Below, piece by piece: positions 33,921-59,944 of a stretch of 64,000 bases of DNA. A program made the translations under genes and the position numbers. The notes beneath the pieces are model-generated. The model was not told the DNA's origin, ran no database searches, and was given only the letters and a program-made list of their open reading frames with translations. Origin of the DNA: the human T2T-CHM13v2.0 reference genome, Homo sapiens. The stretch lies in the NCBI RefSeq assembly GCF_009914755.1, contig NC_060944.1. The stretch is one strand, 5' to 3'. The stretch's first letter is position 1. Every line of letters starts with the position of its first letter.

Positions 33921-34563
33921 TCCCCTTCAGTCTGATAGAAACTCAGCAAAGCCTATCAGTTATCAATACTCTGAGAATGGCTGAAGCAAATTCAAATGTT
34001 CTCAGCTGACCCACCTTTGGCTGACCCTCCTCCTTGGAGCCATCCCTGTCCATACTCCACACCCTGCCCACCTCCCGCCTGAACTTCTAGAGCCACTACT
34101 TCTATTGCATCCTTGACTGCCCCAGTCCTGTTGATGTGCAGTGCTGTATTTCACGTGTGCAGCTCCCCTGCACTCTCACGGCACCTGGCCTCCACCCTAG
34201 CATGTCTCACAATGTACCGAACTGTCCTTTCCCTTGACTAGGAGCCCCAGGAGTTTGAGTGCAGGCACGGCTGATCCTGATTCCTTGCACACCTGGCAAT
34301 GAGCAGGCGCTTACAGAATGCCTGGCAGCAGTGTAATGGTACCTGTAGCAGAAGCTGATCAGAAGAAATGAGTTGCTCTGCCAGGCCCTTGGTTCAAGAA
34401 GAGCCCAGGTGGGATCCTCTTTTCACACAATGCGTCCAGAAGCCAACTGATGAGAGAGTGCAAGTGTGCAGAATAGGAACTGAGGGCTGGGCCGAGGCCC
34501 GCCCCCGGGGAGAGGACCTGGGGCACAGAGACAACACGAAGATGAGCTAAGGTGCCCGGTAGC

Positions 34564-34569
34564 TTTAAT
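34564..34569 (-). terminator. CPXM1: CPXM1 polyadenylation signal ATTAAA
   Basis: tttaat on the plus strand, ~95 nt downstream of the stop codon; first PAS hexamer seen after the stop. Confidence 0.7.
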
Positions 34570-34663
34570 GAGCACCTTTTCCTCACTTTGTCCCTCCCTC
34601 TCTACTCTTCCCCTTCCCGTCTTGACAGGTCCAGCCTGCCCTAGGGCTCTTAAACCGCAGGTA

Positions 34664-41047
<6,384 letters not shown>

Positions 41048-41350
41048 GGCGGGGATTGAGTGCCAGGGGCGCGCGGGCTACGGCGGGTGGCGGGTCGGTC
41101 TCTTCCTGCCGAGTGCGCCGAGCCCCCCGCCCCTTCCTGCCCCCCGCCCCTCCGCAGCCTCCTGCCCGCCCACAGCCCGCTGCCCGCCTCGGACCTCGGA
41201 GAGGAGGAGAGGGCCGGGAGGAGCGAGCGGGGCTGACCTCCAAGGGGCCGCCCCAAGTCTCAGGACCGCTGACTCTGCCCTTCCTCTCCGCCGTCTGGGG
41301 CCAACCCGCCTCGTTGGCGCGCTGCGCCTTTATAGTCTGCAAAGCCACAC

Positions 41351-45050
<3,700 letters not shown>

Positions 45051-45299
45051 CACAACATTTCACTTAGCCCCTCGAGGCCCTTAGCCTGCAGCAGACATCT
45101 ACTTTGCACCATGCACTATGCCAGGAGTTTTACACGTGGCCGCTCAATCAAACTTCATTTTACAAACTGATAAACTGAGGCTCAGAGCGGCTAATGACTT
45201 GGGCGAGGTAGCAAAGCTGAGAACTTTGGGAAGGAAACTACAACCGGAGAGGAAAAGCTATCCAGAGCCAGAGGCCCCCTGGCAGGGCGGGTGGGACAG

Positions 45300-46400
45300 A
45301 AGGGGGAAAAGAGTGAAGGGAAAATGAGGCGGCGGGGGGCTAGGGGGCGACCCGGAGCCTGGGGAGAGGGCTGGTCCCGGAATCCTCCAGAAAGACAACC
45401 CAAGGGGCCCAAGAAGAGGCGGCACGGCGGCGCTTCCCACCACCACCATCACCAAGCCCGGCCCTGCCCCTCCTCTCCTTTCCCTTCCCTCCCCTACTCC
45501 TTCGCTCACTCACCCGGCTGCCACGTCCCGTCCCGGGGTTACATAACCCGGAGAGAGAAGCCTGAGCGATAGCCCGCGGGCTGGGGCTGCGGTGGAGGAG
45601 CCAAGGGTTGATGCACTGCCTGACCTGCCCTCCGGCTCCTCGCCCCCAGCCCGTATTCTCCTCGGGGAGCCGGCAGCCCTGGGTCTGCCCAGATCCGGAG
45701 ATGCCCTTCCCGCCCTCCCTCCAAGACCCCCTTTGGATCCTGCATTCCTGGTCATCTCTCCAGAAGGAAGGAAACGCGTCCAGCGGTGTGCCTTTGGCCG
45801 GCGCTTGGCCTTTGCAAAGGGCTCTCCAGGGAGATGCTCCCATCCCCACGAGGAGCGATGCCCAGAAGTGGCCCGCAATCCTCTGGCGTAAGCGGGGCCC
45901 TGCGCAAATGTTTTTTGCAGGGGCACTATCTGTATAAATGATTTGAATCACCCAAAAGCAGCTTGTGGGCACCATTCTGGCAGCCCACGCTCACACGAAC
46001 CCCAGAAAGAAATAGCGCGCCGCAGTCTGGGACTGGGGCCCACCGCCGGCAGGGACTACCCCATAGGCACTGGTCCTGGAGCTCCTCGAGGCATCTGGTC
46101 TGCCCCACGCGCGCAGGGTGAAGAGCTAGAGGACCCCCGAAAGGGAGTGACCCCACAGGGCCCACGTGCAACTGGGTCCCGCCTCGCAGCCCCCTGCCTC
46201 GACGGCGCTGCCGGGTCCCAGGCACTGGATGGGAGGACAGAGAGACATTTCAAGGGAAGCGCTGCACAGCCGGGACTCCCTGGACGCCAGGCAGGGGCAG
46301 ATGGGCAGCGCCGATGCTTCCCGAAGGTGGGAGGCCGCAGTCTGAACAGGTCCCGAGGGCTGCTAAGCGTCCCGCCAAAGCCCAATCTGGCCACCTCCAG
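45300..46400. promoter_or_regulatory. Orphan CpG island
   Basis: High GC and CpG density in unique sequence with no recognisable exon. Confidence 0.65.
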
Positions 46401-47193
46401 GTCTCTGGTCCCCACACCCATCCAGGTTTCTCGGGTGTTGGGAAGAAAGGAGGGGGCACAAGAAACAGGACATCTCAGCCTCCTGAAGCCCACACCCCCT
46501 CCAAGCCGTTCCCCACACAGTAGGCAAATTCTGTCAAGTTCCTCCAGGCTTAAGGCCCCAGTGGGTTCACCTGCAAGGTCTTCATGACCAAGTTCTTCCT
46601 GCCCACGCCTTTCCCATTCCATCTGCCTCCCTATCCCCTGGCTCCCATCCCCCCAGTCACTCCGGCATTCTAGCTGCTCCTCCCACGCAACAGCCCAACT
46701 AGCCTCCTGGCCTTTTAATTTGTGCATGGAATTTGCCTTCTCAGTCAGATTTCCTTTCAATATCACCTGCTCCCAAAGGCTTTCCCTGACTACCCTGACT
46801 AAAGCAAACTTTTTCACTTCACACACTCTATCCTCCCACCCGTTTAAATTATTGTCTTCAAGGCACTCAACACCGAGATGATCTTGCTTTACTTATGTGT
46901 TGGCTGTTCAGGTTCCCCCACCCCCAGCAGGAGGTAAGTACCCTGCCAGAAGAACTTTGTACCCAAATGTCCACAGCTGCACCTCAGAGCCTAGAACAGC
47001 ACCTGGTCCCTCGTCAGCTCTCATAAAGTGTGTGTATAATATATTCAAGGTTAGAGTGGACAAACCAGGGCTGAAAGGACCTCCTCAACAGTGCCAGGAT
47101 TTGCAGGAGAGGACATGGCAGGCCGTGAACTGAAAGACCAGTTCCCAAAGTGACTAGGGTGGAGCAGCTGGCACTCTCCCACCAATCTTTTAG

Positions 47194-47522
<329 letters not shown>

Positions 47523-48518
47523 TGGCCGGGATGCTCCATCTCTTATGTCTCCTGCACCCAGCTCCCATCCCCCTTCCCACCACTCTGCACTCCCTGCCCC
47601 TGTCCTCTATTGCAACCCTTAGGACCCCTTGGTTCCCTGCTGTGTCTCCTGAGCCCCGCAGCACTTTCTCACACTCTTCTCCACTCCCAGCCCTGCTGCC
47701 ACCCCTGGCCCTTGCCACTGGCTACCTGGGGCTGCAAAGGTACAAGTAGCAGGATCTGGAGGTGATAGCTCCAGGGGCAGAGGGGCAGGTTTGCACCCAA
47801 GTACCTGTATAGCCAGATCTCATCTACCAGGAGCCAGGTAGAAGATCTTTCGTGGTCTCACTAGGTGCAATTGAGAAGGACTGGATAGTGGCACCTGCCT
47901 AAAAGGGATTTTAATGTAAGGGGTGGGCTAGGAATCTCCTGCCAACTCCCTGGTGTGGTTAGGTGGTTGGAGGGGGAGAGGATAGGTGACTCTGGTGACA
48001 TACAGGCTTCGTTTCACATCCCACTTCTGACGTGTATTTTGTTTGGCTATCCTTGGGCAGTAGTTTCACCTCCCTGAGACTTAGTTTCCTCATCTGTAAA
48101 ACAGGAACCATATCCTTCTCCCAGGTTTGCTGTGATGATAAAGTGAGATAATATAGGGTCTTAGGGGGCTCCTAGGTTGATCAGATGCATTAAAGGTGGG
48201 GAAAACAGTGTAACACAGCCCTCTTACTCCTACATACTTAGATGGAATAAAACAGTATCAAGGAAAAGAAAGGAAGCTCTGTGTCCAGCTGCACAAATAA
48301 TGAAGTAGAATCTACTGCCTGCCTGTGCCTCTAATCTCCTGTGCCTGGATGCTAAAGCAGAACTCATTTCCTGCTAGGTGCTCTCCCTGTGATGTAGGTG
48401 AGCATTGTTGGAGCCTCACATGGGACCAGGATGCACAGGGGAGCATCTCCCCACGCACCCGTTCTCCCCTCATCACTCTCTACCCCAGCTTTCTCTCCTA
48501 CATACATCAAGGTCTTTG

Positions 48519-49290
48519 AGAGCCTTGCTCCACAAAGTGTGGTTGAAGACCAGCAGCAGTAGCATCCCCTGGGAACTTGTTAGAAATGCAGAACAGGCCG
48601 GGTGCAGTGGCTCACGCCTGTAATCCCAGAACTTTGGGAGGCCGAGGCGGGCGGATCACCTGAGGTCAGGAGTTCAAGACCAAATACAAATACAAAACTT
48701 ACCTGGCCAACACGGTGAAACCCCATCTCTACTACAAATACAAAACTTAGCTGGGTGTGGTGGTGCACGCCTGTAATCCCAGCTATTCAGGAGGCTGAGG
48801 CAGGAGAATCGCTTGAACCCAAGAAGCGGAGGTTGCAGTGAGCTGGGATGGTGTCATGCACTCCAGCCTAGGTGAAAGAGCTAGACTCTGTCAAAAAAAA
48901 AAAACCAAAAAAAAAACAAAAAACAAAAAACAAACAAACAAAAAAAACACCTCTGCCCCAGACCTATTGAATCAGAATATGCATTTTTTTTTTTTTTTTT
49001 TTTTGACAGAGTCTCACTCTGTCTCCCAGGCTGGAGTGCAGTGGCCCGATCTCAGCTCACTAAACTGCCACCTCCCGGGTTCAAGCAATTCTCCTGCCTC
49101 AGTCTCCTGAGTAGCTGGGACTACAGGCGTCCACCACCACACCCAGCTAATTTTTGTGTTTTTAGTAGAGACAGGGTTTCACCATATTGGCCAGGCTGGT
49201 CTCGAACTCTTGACCAGAATCTGCATTTTTAACAAGACCTCCAGAGGATTCAACCCCAGGAGATACATATGCGTGTTGAAGACTGAGTTT
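48519..49290. mobile_element. MER5A-type hAT MITE split by two inverted Alus (48596-48946 +, 48984-49213 -)
   Basis: gaccagcagcagtagcatcccctgggaacttgttagaaatgcag ... cccagacctattgaatcagaa ... tgcatttttaacaag. Confidence 0.75.
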
Positions 49291-49525
49291 TATCCCTGGT
49301 ATTTGATGCTGTCACGGGTAATTTTATCTTAAGCCACAAGCGTATATCCACATGACGTTAGGGAATTGGTCTTTCATTTACCCTGGGAAGGAATATTCCT
49401 GATCTCCACAGCATGACTATCTGTTGATTTGTTCTTTGTTTGTAACTAAGTCATTTTTATCAGAATAGTACAAAATATAGTTTTGGTTTTGTTTTTTTAG
49501 AGACACTGTCCTGCTCTGTTGCCTA

Positions 49526-50690
<1,165 letters not shown>

Positions 50691-50914
50691 TAGCTGGGAT
50701 TACAGGCGTGTGCCACCACACCCTGCTAATTTTTTGTATTTTTAGTAGAGATGGAGTTTCACCTTGTTAGCCAGGACGGTCTCAATCTCCTGACCTTGTG
50801 ATCTGCCCGCCTTGGGCCTCCCAAAGTGCTGGGATTACAGGTGTGAGCCACTGCACCCGGCCACATTTTTTTTTTTTTAAGAGACAAGTTTTCGCTATGT
50901 CATCCAGGCTACAA

Positions 50915-51593
50915 CATAGTTTCTATTTTTATTTCAATTGCTTTAGGGGTACCAGCGGTTTTTGGTTACAGGGGAGAACTGTATAGTGGTGAAGTTTGAA
51001 ATCTTAGAGCGCCCATCACCCGAGTAGTGTACATTGTATGCAACATGCAGTTTTTTTTATCTGTCACCCCCCACTTACCCTCCTCCTTCTGAGTCTCCAA
51101 TGTCCATTATACCATTCTGTATGCCTTTGCATACCCACAGCTTAGTTTCCATTTATTTATTTTTATTTAATTTATTTTTTTTGAGACAGAGTCTCGCTCT
51201 GTTGCCCAGGCTGGAATGCAGTGGCGTGAACTCGGCTCACTGCAAGCTCCGACTCCTGGGTTCATGCCATTCTCCTGCCTCAGCCTCCCGAGTAGCTGGG
51301 ACTACAGGTGCCGCCACCACGCCCAGCTAATTTTTTGTGTTTTTAGTAGAGACGGGTTTCACCGTGTTAGTCAGGATGGTCTCGATCTCCTGACCTCGTG
51401 ATCCACCCGCCTCAGCCTCCCAAAGTGTTGGGATTACAGGAGTGAGCCACCGTGTCCCGCCAGCTTCCATTTATAAGTGAGAACATATGGTATTTGGCTT
51501 TCCATTCCTTAGTTACTTCACTTAGAATAATGACCTCCAGTTCCATCCAAAAGACATTATTTCACTCTTTTTTATGGCTGAGTAGTATTCCAT

Positions 51594-51630
<37 letters not shown>

Positions 51631-51862
51631 ATGCACACACATAGCACATTCCCTCTATTCACTCATCAGTTGATGGGCACTTAGATTGGTTCCATATCTT
51701 TGCAATTGTGAACTGTGCTGCAATAAACTATGTATGCAGGTGTCTTTTTGATATAATAACTTATTTTCCTTTGGGTAGATATCCAGTAGTGAGGTTGCTG
51801 AATTGAATGTAGATCTATGTTTAGTTATCTGATAAATCTTCATACAGTTTTCCATAGAGGTC
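50915..51862 (-). mobile_element. L1PB/L1MA 3' end with inserted AluY (51150-51462) and (GT)n (51596-51629)
   Basis: ttataagtgagaacatatggtatttgg, gatgggcacttagattggttccatatctttgcaattgtgaa. Confidence 0.8.
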
Positions 51863-53256
51863 CAGTCTACAATATAGTTTTAAAGGTAAATCACATTTAG
51901 GCTTGTAATGGAAGAGTCGGCTCTATGCCTTTCCCAAGCCAAGCACTTTTAGTTCTTTTTGTTATTTCTCCTGTCTTTATCTCTATGCTTAGATTTCTTG
52001 CTATTTCCTTTTTTTTCTTTTTTCTTTTCTTTTCTCCTTCTTCTTCTTTTTTTTAAAAGACAATTTCTTGCTCTGCTGTCCAGGCTGGAGTGCAGTGAGC
52101 TGAGGCTCACTGCAACCTCTGCCTCCCAGGCTCAAGTGATCCTCGTGCCTCAGCCACTCAAGTAGCTGGGATTACAGGTGCCTGCCACCATGCTCAGTTA
52201 ATTTTTGTATTTTTAGTAGAGATGGGGTTTTACCATGTTGGCCAGGCTGGTCTTGAACTCCTGGCCTCAAGTGATCTGCCCACCTCAGCCTCCCAAAGTT
52301 CTGGGATTACAGGTGTGAGTCACTGTGCATTTCTTGATTTTTCTTTATGTAGTTGTTATCTGTGGATTTCTGCTATGAAATTAAGGCGTTAGTTTTTCTA
52401 CCACCCTCCCCTCAATACACACATCCAGATACACAAACATACACTCCCTCCTTCCATTTTCAGTAAAGCTCAATTGCTATTTGGAATCAATATTCAGTGC
52501 TTTTGTTATGACTATGTAAATATTATGTTTAAATTTGTGCTACCTGGAGTTAGTAATTACTTTGTTTTTATCATTTGCTTAGTTTTCTAGGCATCACTCA
52601 TTAATTCAATCGCAAAGCTTCCAGTGTAACTGAACATTTACTCAATATAGCCAAACATAGCTAATAATCAGTTGATTTCATTTTCCTCTGGAGACATCGC
52701 TCCTAGAGCACATCTTCTGATTTCAGGCTGGGTTGGTTACTTTCTTTACCCAGGGGTATAGTTGACATCCCAGGCCTTTCTCATCGTCCCTTTTCTGTGC
52801 TTAATCTCATTTATTGAATGCCATATTGCTCTCTTTCTTAGTTTAATTCTTTGTTTTGCTGAAGCACATCCTCCAGTAGCTTTCTAAGAAAGGGTATATG
52901 CAAGGTCAAATTTCTGAGACCTTGTATGATTGAAATGTCATTATTCTACCCTCCCAATTAATAATCATTCAGACCTATACATTTCTATATTAGACATCAT
53001 TTTGAGGGCATTTATTGTCTTCTAGCTACCAGTATTGGTGTTTAGAAGTGTGATACCATTCTTGCTTCAGATCCGATGTATGTGATGTTTTTATTTGGTG
53101 GAAGCTCTTAGGATTGTCTTTTTATCCCTGCTAATGTGAATTTCATTATATGCCTTGATGTTAGCTGCCCTGTTTCATGTATTGGGCTGTGAATTGGTGG
53201 AAAGTTATGGTCTAGAGAATCATGTCCTTCAATTCTGAAGAGTCTCTTGATTTTTA

Positions 53257-53553
<297 letters not shown>

Positions 53554-53672
53554 TCAAAAAAAAAAAAAAAAAAAAATAGAAAGAAAGGTTTTCCTCCTCA
53601 GAGCACTCCCTCAATAAACCATGTGTACAAGTATCCCCATCTCAGGCTCTACTTTTAGAAATTATGACCCAT

Positions 53673-54050
53673 TGATATAGTCTGAATATTTGTCCAAATC
53701 TCAAGTTGAAATCTCAAATCCCAATGTTGGAGGTAGGGCCTGATGGGAGGTGTTTGGGTCATGGGGGTGGATATTTCATGGCTTGGTGCTGTCCTTGAAA
53801 TAGTGAGTGAGTTCTCTCAAGATCTGGTTGTTTAAGTGTGTGGCAACTCCCCTAACCACCACTCTCTCCCTTGCTCTTCACCCTTTGCCTTCTGCCATGA
53901 TTGGAAGTTTCCTGAGGTCTCCCCAAAAGCAGATGCTGGTACCCTACTTCCTGTACAGCCTGCAAAACTGCAAGCCAATTAAGCCTCTTTTCTTATAAAT
54001 TACCCAGTCTCAGGTATTTCTTCATAGCAACGCAAGAATGGCCTAATACA
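53673..54050 (+). mobile_element. MST-type MaLR solo LTR
   Basis: tgatatagtctgaatatttgtcc...cccaatgttggaggtagggcc...cttataaattacccagtctcaggtatttcttcatagcaacgcaagaatggcctaataca. Confidence 0.85.
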
Positions 54051-55654
54051 CCCACCATCTGGTGCAGTGCCTGGCACATAGGAAGCACTTAAATAAATGA
54101 TTGTTGAATACAAAATAAACTCTGAGAAAATCACAGACAGAACTCTCCTATACATGCATACAGAGCACCTGGTGCATAGTAAATCTTTAAGGAGCTTTAG
54201 ACTCTCCGATCCCCCCATGCCCTGCAATATGGAGTAGCCTCATCTTGGTGGACTCATCAGGACATGCTCCCCAGGTCTGTATGTCCAGGAATGCAATTGT
54301 GTGGATGCATCCAGGATTGATCAGGCTCAGGGAATTGCCAATCTTAAACCTTAATGTTCCTTTACAAGCACAATTGGAACTTAATGCCAAAAAAAAAAAA
54401 AAATTCTGGGATCTTCTGTTATACCCTATCCCATTACGGACAAATCTACTCGTAAAACCCAGCTGCTGGATAAGCAAGAACAGCCAGACCAAGGGCGATC
54501 AGTGCATGGTCATTAGGGCTGGTGACCCTCGTCTCTGGGCAAGGCCTGCTGGAGGTGGATATGCAGCCTGATTCTTGTTCTGTCTCCTCCTCTCCTAGGG
54601 GCTGTATGGCCACTGTCTCCCATTTTGCCACCCCTACCAGTTTTCCTTCAAAGTATGATATGTGGGCAAAGATTAAGTTCTCTTAATTATGACACATTTC
54701 CGCTCTTGCCTCTCAAGTCACTAAACTGAGATGTGCTGGACCCCTATGGCCACCACCCATTTACAGATGATCAGTGTAATCTGATATACTGATAATCCAA
54801 GTGACTAAGCCCTTCATTATATGTTCATTTTCCTTAACTCCATTCTCAGACTGTAACCTTAACCTCTAATAAGGGGGTTACTAGGTCATAGTCCTCTTAA
54901 GTTCATGTCCTCTACCTCATTACTGGAACCCCAGTATGCATAACACCCCCTATAAACTGTAGTGCTTAGAATACCTGAACAGCCCCCTCCTCTCTCACCC
55001 CCATTTAGCAGGTTATGCGGAAGCCCAGCCCCAGAAGCCTCAGGCAGTCCCCTGGCAGAGCCCATCTCTGCAATCTGGAACTTCAGGCCTGAAAAATCCC
55101 CTAGAAGGACCCACAGGGAAGACAGCTGGGGACAGAGATATTGAATGACTTCGCCCTGGACCTGCAGCTCTGCAAACTCACAGGAAGAAGAAAGCAGACC
55201 TCGCTCCCTTGGACAGATGCCCAAGTAGTAATGGGGTTAGAATGCCTTCCTGACAACTCAGATCCCCAAGGGAGGGCCCTAGGGCAGAGAATCAGCAAAG
55301 GCAAGAGGATGAGTCTTAGTTCTCAGAAATCCCTGACTTCCCAGCTAAGCCCCACCTAGGCCACCAGCTGCTTATGAGGTCAGAGCAGCAGCAGCAGCAG
55401 CCCCCTCCCTACCCCACGGCCCCACGTGGTAACAGGTCACAATGCCCCAGGTGCCCACTCCCAGAATGCTGACCAAAGTGGGAGGAGGTGAGGAGGGTTT
55501 GCTGGGTGGGTATGGGGGAGGGGGAGACTCTGCAGGAGCCTAATTCCCCACTCTGAGCTCACCCTTCTGTCTGCCCGGGCCCTACCCCTTCCCCTACTCT
55601 CACCCTTATAATCCTTTTCAGCACTAGGTCTTCCCGTCACCTCCACCTCTCTCC

Positions 55655-56245
55655 ATGACCCGGCTCTGCTTACCCAGACCCGAAGCATGTGAGGATCCGA
55701 TCCCAGTTCCTCCAAGGGGCCTGGGTGCTGGGGAGGGGTCAGGTAGTCCAGTGCGTCCACCTGTATCCACCTGGGGCCCTAGCTGGGCCCAGCTCCTGGA
55801 CAGTGTCCTATGGCTGGGGGCACTAGGACTGACAATCCAGGCAGTCTTTTCCACCACTGGCCCAGCCCTGCTGCTGCTTCTGGTCAGCTTCCTCACCTTT
55901 GACCTGCTCCATAGGTAAGTGGGCAGCAGCCTGGCAGGTGGGCATTGTAGGCGGGCAGGCCAGTGGACAACTTCCCTAAGCCCAGTCACCACCCTCTCTC
56001 TCCACAGGCCCGCAGGTCACACTCTGCCACAGCGCAAACTTCTCACCAGGGGCCAGAGTCAGGGGGCCGGTGAAGGTCCTGGACAGCAGGAGGCTCTACT
56101 CCTGCAAATGGGTACAGTCTCAGGACAACTTAGCCTCCAGGACGCACTGCTGCTGCTGCTCATGGGGCTGGGCCCGCTCCTGAGAGCCTGTGGCATGCCC
56201 TTGACCCTGCTTGGCCTGGCTTTCTGCCTCCATCCTTGGGCCTGA
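55655..56245 (+). CDS. C20orf141: Uncharacterised hydrophobic protein C20orf141, 165 aa
   Basis: join(55655..55914,56008..56245) = 498 nt, with AG|gtaagt...ccacag|G; MTRLCLPRPEA...LAFCLHPWA*. A probable upstream non-coding exon has a donor at 55488 and an acceptor at ~55621/55626. Confidence 0.9.
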
Positions 56246-56809
56246 GAGCCCCTCCCCACAACTCAGTGTCCTTCAAATATACAATGACCACCCTTCTTCA
56301 TCAGGCCCCCTTTTCTTTTCTCCTTCCTGGCTGGGCAGGTGGGATGATACCCCTTTCTTCCCAGCCTGAACCTCACAGTCCTATAATATAGGTATCAGAT
56401 ACCTGGATCTGAGTCTTTGGGCAGCAAGAGAAGGTAGGATACTAGCCAGGGAGCCCAAGGAAGAATGTGGCAGCCACCTCAGAGCCTGTGGATTGGGGGC
56501 AGCCACTCTGGCCTCCTCTGTGGCTCTAGAGAATGAAGGTCCAGACAGAAAGACTTGCGAGAGAGCAGTTTGGAAAGGGGTGGATATCAGCCAGCAGGGA
56601 AAGCAGGAAAGGGACAGGGATCCAGGGAGGGCTTCCCATGAGAAAGCATGAGAAACTACATCTGCGGGGCTCCGAGGCTCCCCTGCCAGCCTGGAGGGTC
56701 CGTGCAGAGGGACTTGGGTGGGCCTCACACCCTACAGTGACTCCTCTCTTGGCTGGACCCCACCCCAGCCCGGGTCACAAAGGGGCTCCTCTGGGGAGGG
56801 TGGGGGTAG

Positions 56810-57486
<677 letters not shown>

Positions 57487-59944
57487 AAGGGCAACCCCAT
57501 CCCACTGCCTGTGTCTGTTGAGCCCTGGCCTAGGGCCTGAGACCCCACGGGGAGAGGGAGGGCAATGGGATCAGGGCTCCCTGCCTTGGCAGGCCCAGAC
57601 CCCTAGTCCCTAACAGGTAGACTGGCCTGACCCCGGACTCCTTCCTCAAGTCAATGCTGCAGGTTCCTGGTGTGAGGGGCTGGGGGCTTTGAGAAGAGGG
57701 GGCAAGACAGATGGCTTAGCCATTGGTGAAAATTGCTTAGCCAGGGGCAGAGCTTGACCAAGCCACTGATAGCGCCCATATGGATGTGATGATACCCGTG
57801 GGGCCCCCTTGGCAACTGACAGCATCTTTTTCTCATAGCCACTCAGCTGTCTCAGCTTCAGACTCACTGAGAACTTCTACCTGGGTACCACTGGCCTTGC
57901 CATTCCTCCCACCAATCCCCTCTTTCCACTTCCAGGAGAACCACAGACTCTAGAGAGGGTCCCAGTGACAAAAATCTATCAGGGAGAAGGCTGGCCAGAA
58001 GCCCCAGGAGACCTCAACTCACTCGCTCTCCAAACCTTGCAGCCCACGCATCCTCCTCCCTAGACTTCCTACTTCCTGCCTCAGTCTGCATCCCCAAGTC
58101 TGAGAAATGGGCCAACTGGGGTCAGACAGCACCTACTCACTCTCTAAGAATCCCAAGGTCTGTTATGGAAAAATGATCAAGAAATCCCATTTCACCCACT
58201 TACACAATGTGTGGCCTTGGCCAATTAATTCATTTGAGCCTCAATGTTACGTGGGCCACTTCTGTCATGGGGTTGTTGTGAGTCAAAGACAATATCTATT
58301 TGTGAAGCATTTTGTAGAAGCCAAAAACCTGTAAGATGTTGTTTTGAGCTCTAAGAACTTTCTGTAGGCGCATAAGATCTTTTGACCCCAAAGACTGTTG
58401 AAGGAACAGGAAGCTTCTCTGGGCTTTCAGATCAACTCTCTGTCCTGGATAGAATTTTGGCCCTAAAATGGTAAACAAGAGGTCGGTTAAGTGTGTACAA
58501 GATGTAAAAGGTCATGTGCCATGAAATCTCAAAATGTGCAGATGTTGAACTATTTTGATTATGAAATGCTTGGGCCTGGGGCTGGGTGCCAGATGCTTGC
58601 ACAGCTGTGTGAGTGGGGACAGCACAGCCCCAGGGTTTCCAAAACTGACCCAGCAAGCCGCTCAGGCACCAGAAGGGCTTTGGAAAGGGCAATCCTTTGA
58701 TGCCCTGAATGCTGGCCGTTCGTTCACTTGCTGGCCCCTCCAACAAAACATTGAGTGATCGGTAATTACCAAGTAAGGTACATGATAGACAACTTTATCC
58801 ACACCTGACCCCCACCCAAGCCCTGGCCATCCCCAACTCCTGCCCAGTTCTGATCCCTGCTTTATGTATAACCCTAAAATCCTTGCTCTTGAAGCCCCAG
58901 ACCCAAGGTCCCCCTCTTTTGTCCCATAAATACTCAGGGCCTTGGGGCTAGCCCCTAGAACCCTGGTTCATTTTTGCCTTAGACTTTTGCAACCCTCCAT
59001 GCCACGGATTAGATGCCTTCAGCATCAGTGCCAAAACCCAAGGTCCAGTCCTTCCTTTCTGTTTCTTTGTATTTCTCCCGCATTATGGCATGGTAGTGAG
59101 AGCGAGGTAGGACATGGGGCTGATGTGGTCTCATGGTTGGATGGGTTTTGGTGCATGAGCTGAGGCTGGGCGTGAGTCCCAGCACTCTCACTTACTAACT
59201 CCATGCCCTTAGTGGAAATCGCTAAACCTTCCTCAACTTCACTTTCCTCATGGGTAAAACTAAGGCAAGAACCCCTGTCTTAGGGCTCTGGCATGTGAGT
59301 GAAGGACCTGGGACCACTCCTAGCACCACAAATTATAGCTATGCTGTGACCATCCCATTTTAGAGATGAGAAGTCAGGCCCAGGATAGCCAGTTGCCAGT
59401 GGCAAGGCCAGGCCATCTGAGTCCTACCAGGCTACTCAAGGGAAGGTGAAGGGGGCAAAGGAAACACAAACAACCTAACTAACTGAAGACCCCAAGGCTT
59501 CTCAAGAGCTCCTATCAGAGCTAAAGCCCAGGCCTAGGGAAGTCATGAGTCAAGCCAATCTAGATGGCAAGCTGAGGATTCAGGATCCCATGTGGTGAGG
59601 GCAGAGACCAGGCTGCCTGGCCTAGATCCATCATTGACTTGGCCATGCATTGCTAGCCAGGGACGTTGCTCTGGAGCCTTGGGTCCATTCCAATGAAGGG
59701 AGAGAGGAGTTTGGGGCCCTGAACAGATGCTCTAGTGGATGGGATGTGGGCAGCAGCAAGGAGAAGACCTTCTTCCTTTCCCCACAGACTATATACCTTT
59801 TACCCTCCTGCCCAGCTGGTATGGGGTAAGGAGGTGCACCCAGACTAGAGAGCTGATGGGCAATACTCATCAAATTAGATCCACATATACCCTAGGACCC
59901 AGAACCCCAGAATGAATTTTCACAGAGGTCCATAAGGGCCTTGC

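Noticed and set aside
45340-46826. 211-256-aa ORFs in the orphan CpG island
   Set aside because: No recognisable domain, G/P/R/A-biased, overlapping on both strands; expected from composition.
55607-55612. TATAAT upstream of the C20orf141 ATG as a TATA box
   Set aside because: It lies in a pyrimidine tract just before AG acceptors (55621/55626) with an upstream donor at 55488, so it is better read as intron 3' end.
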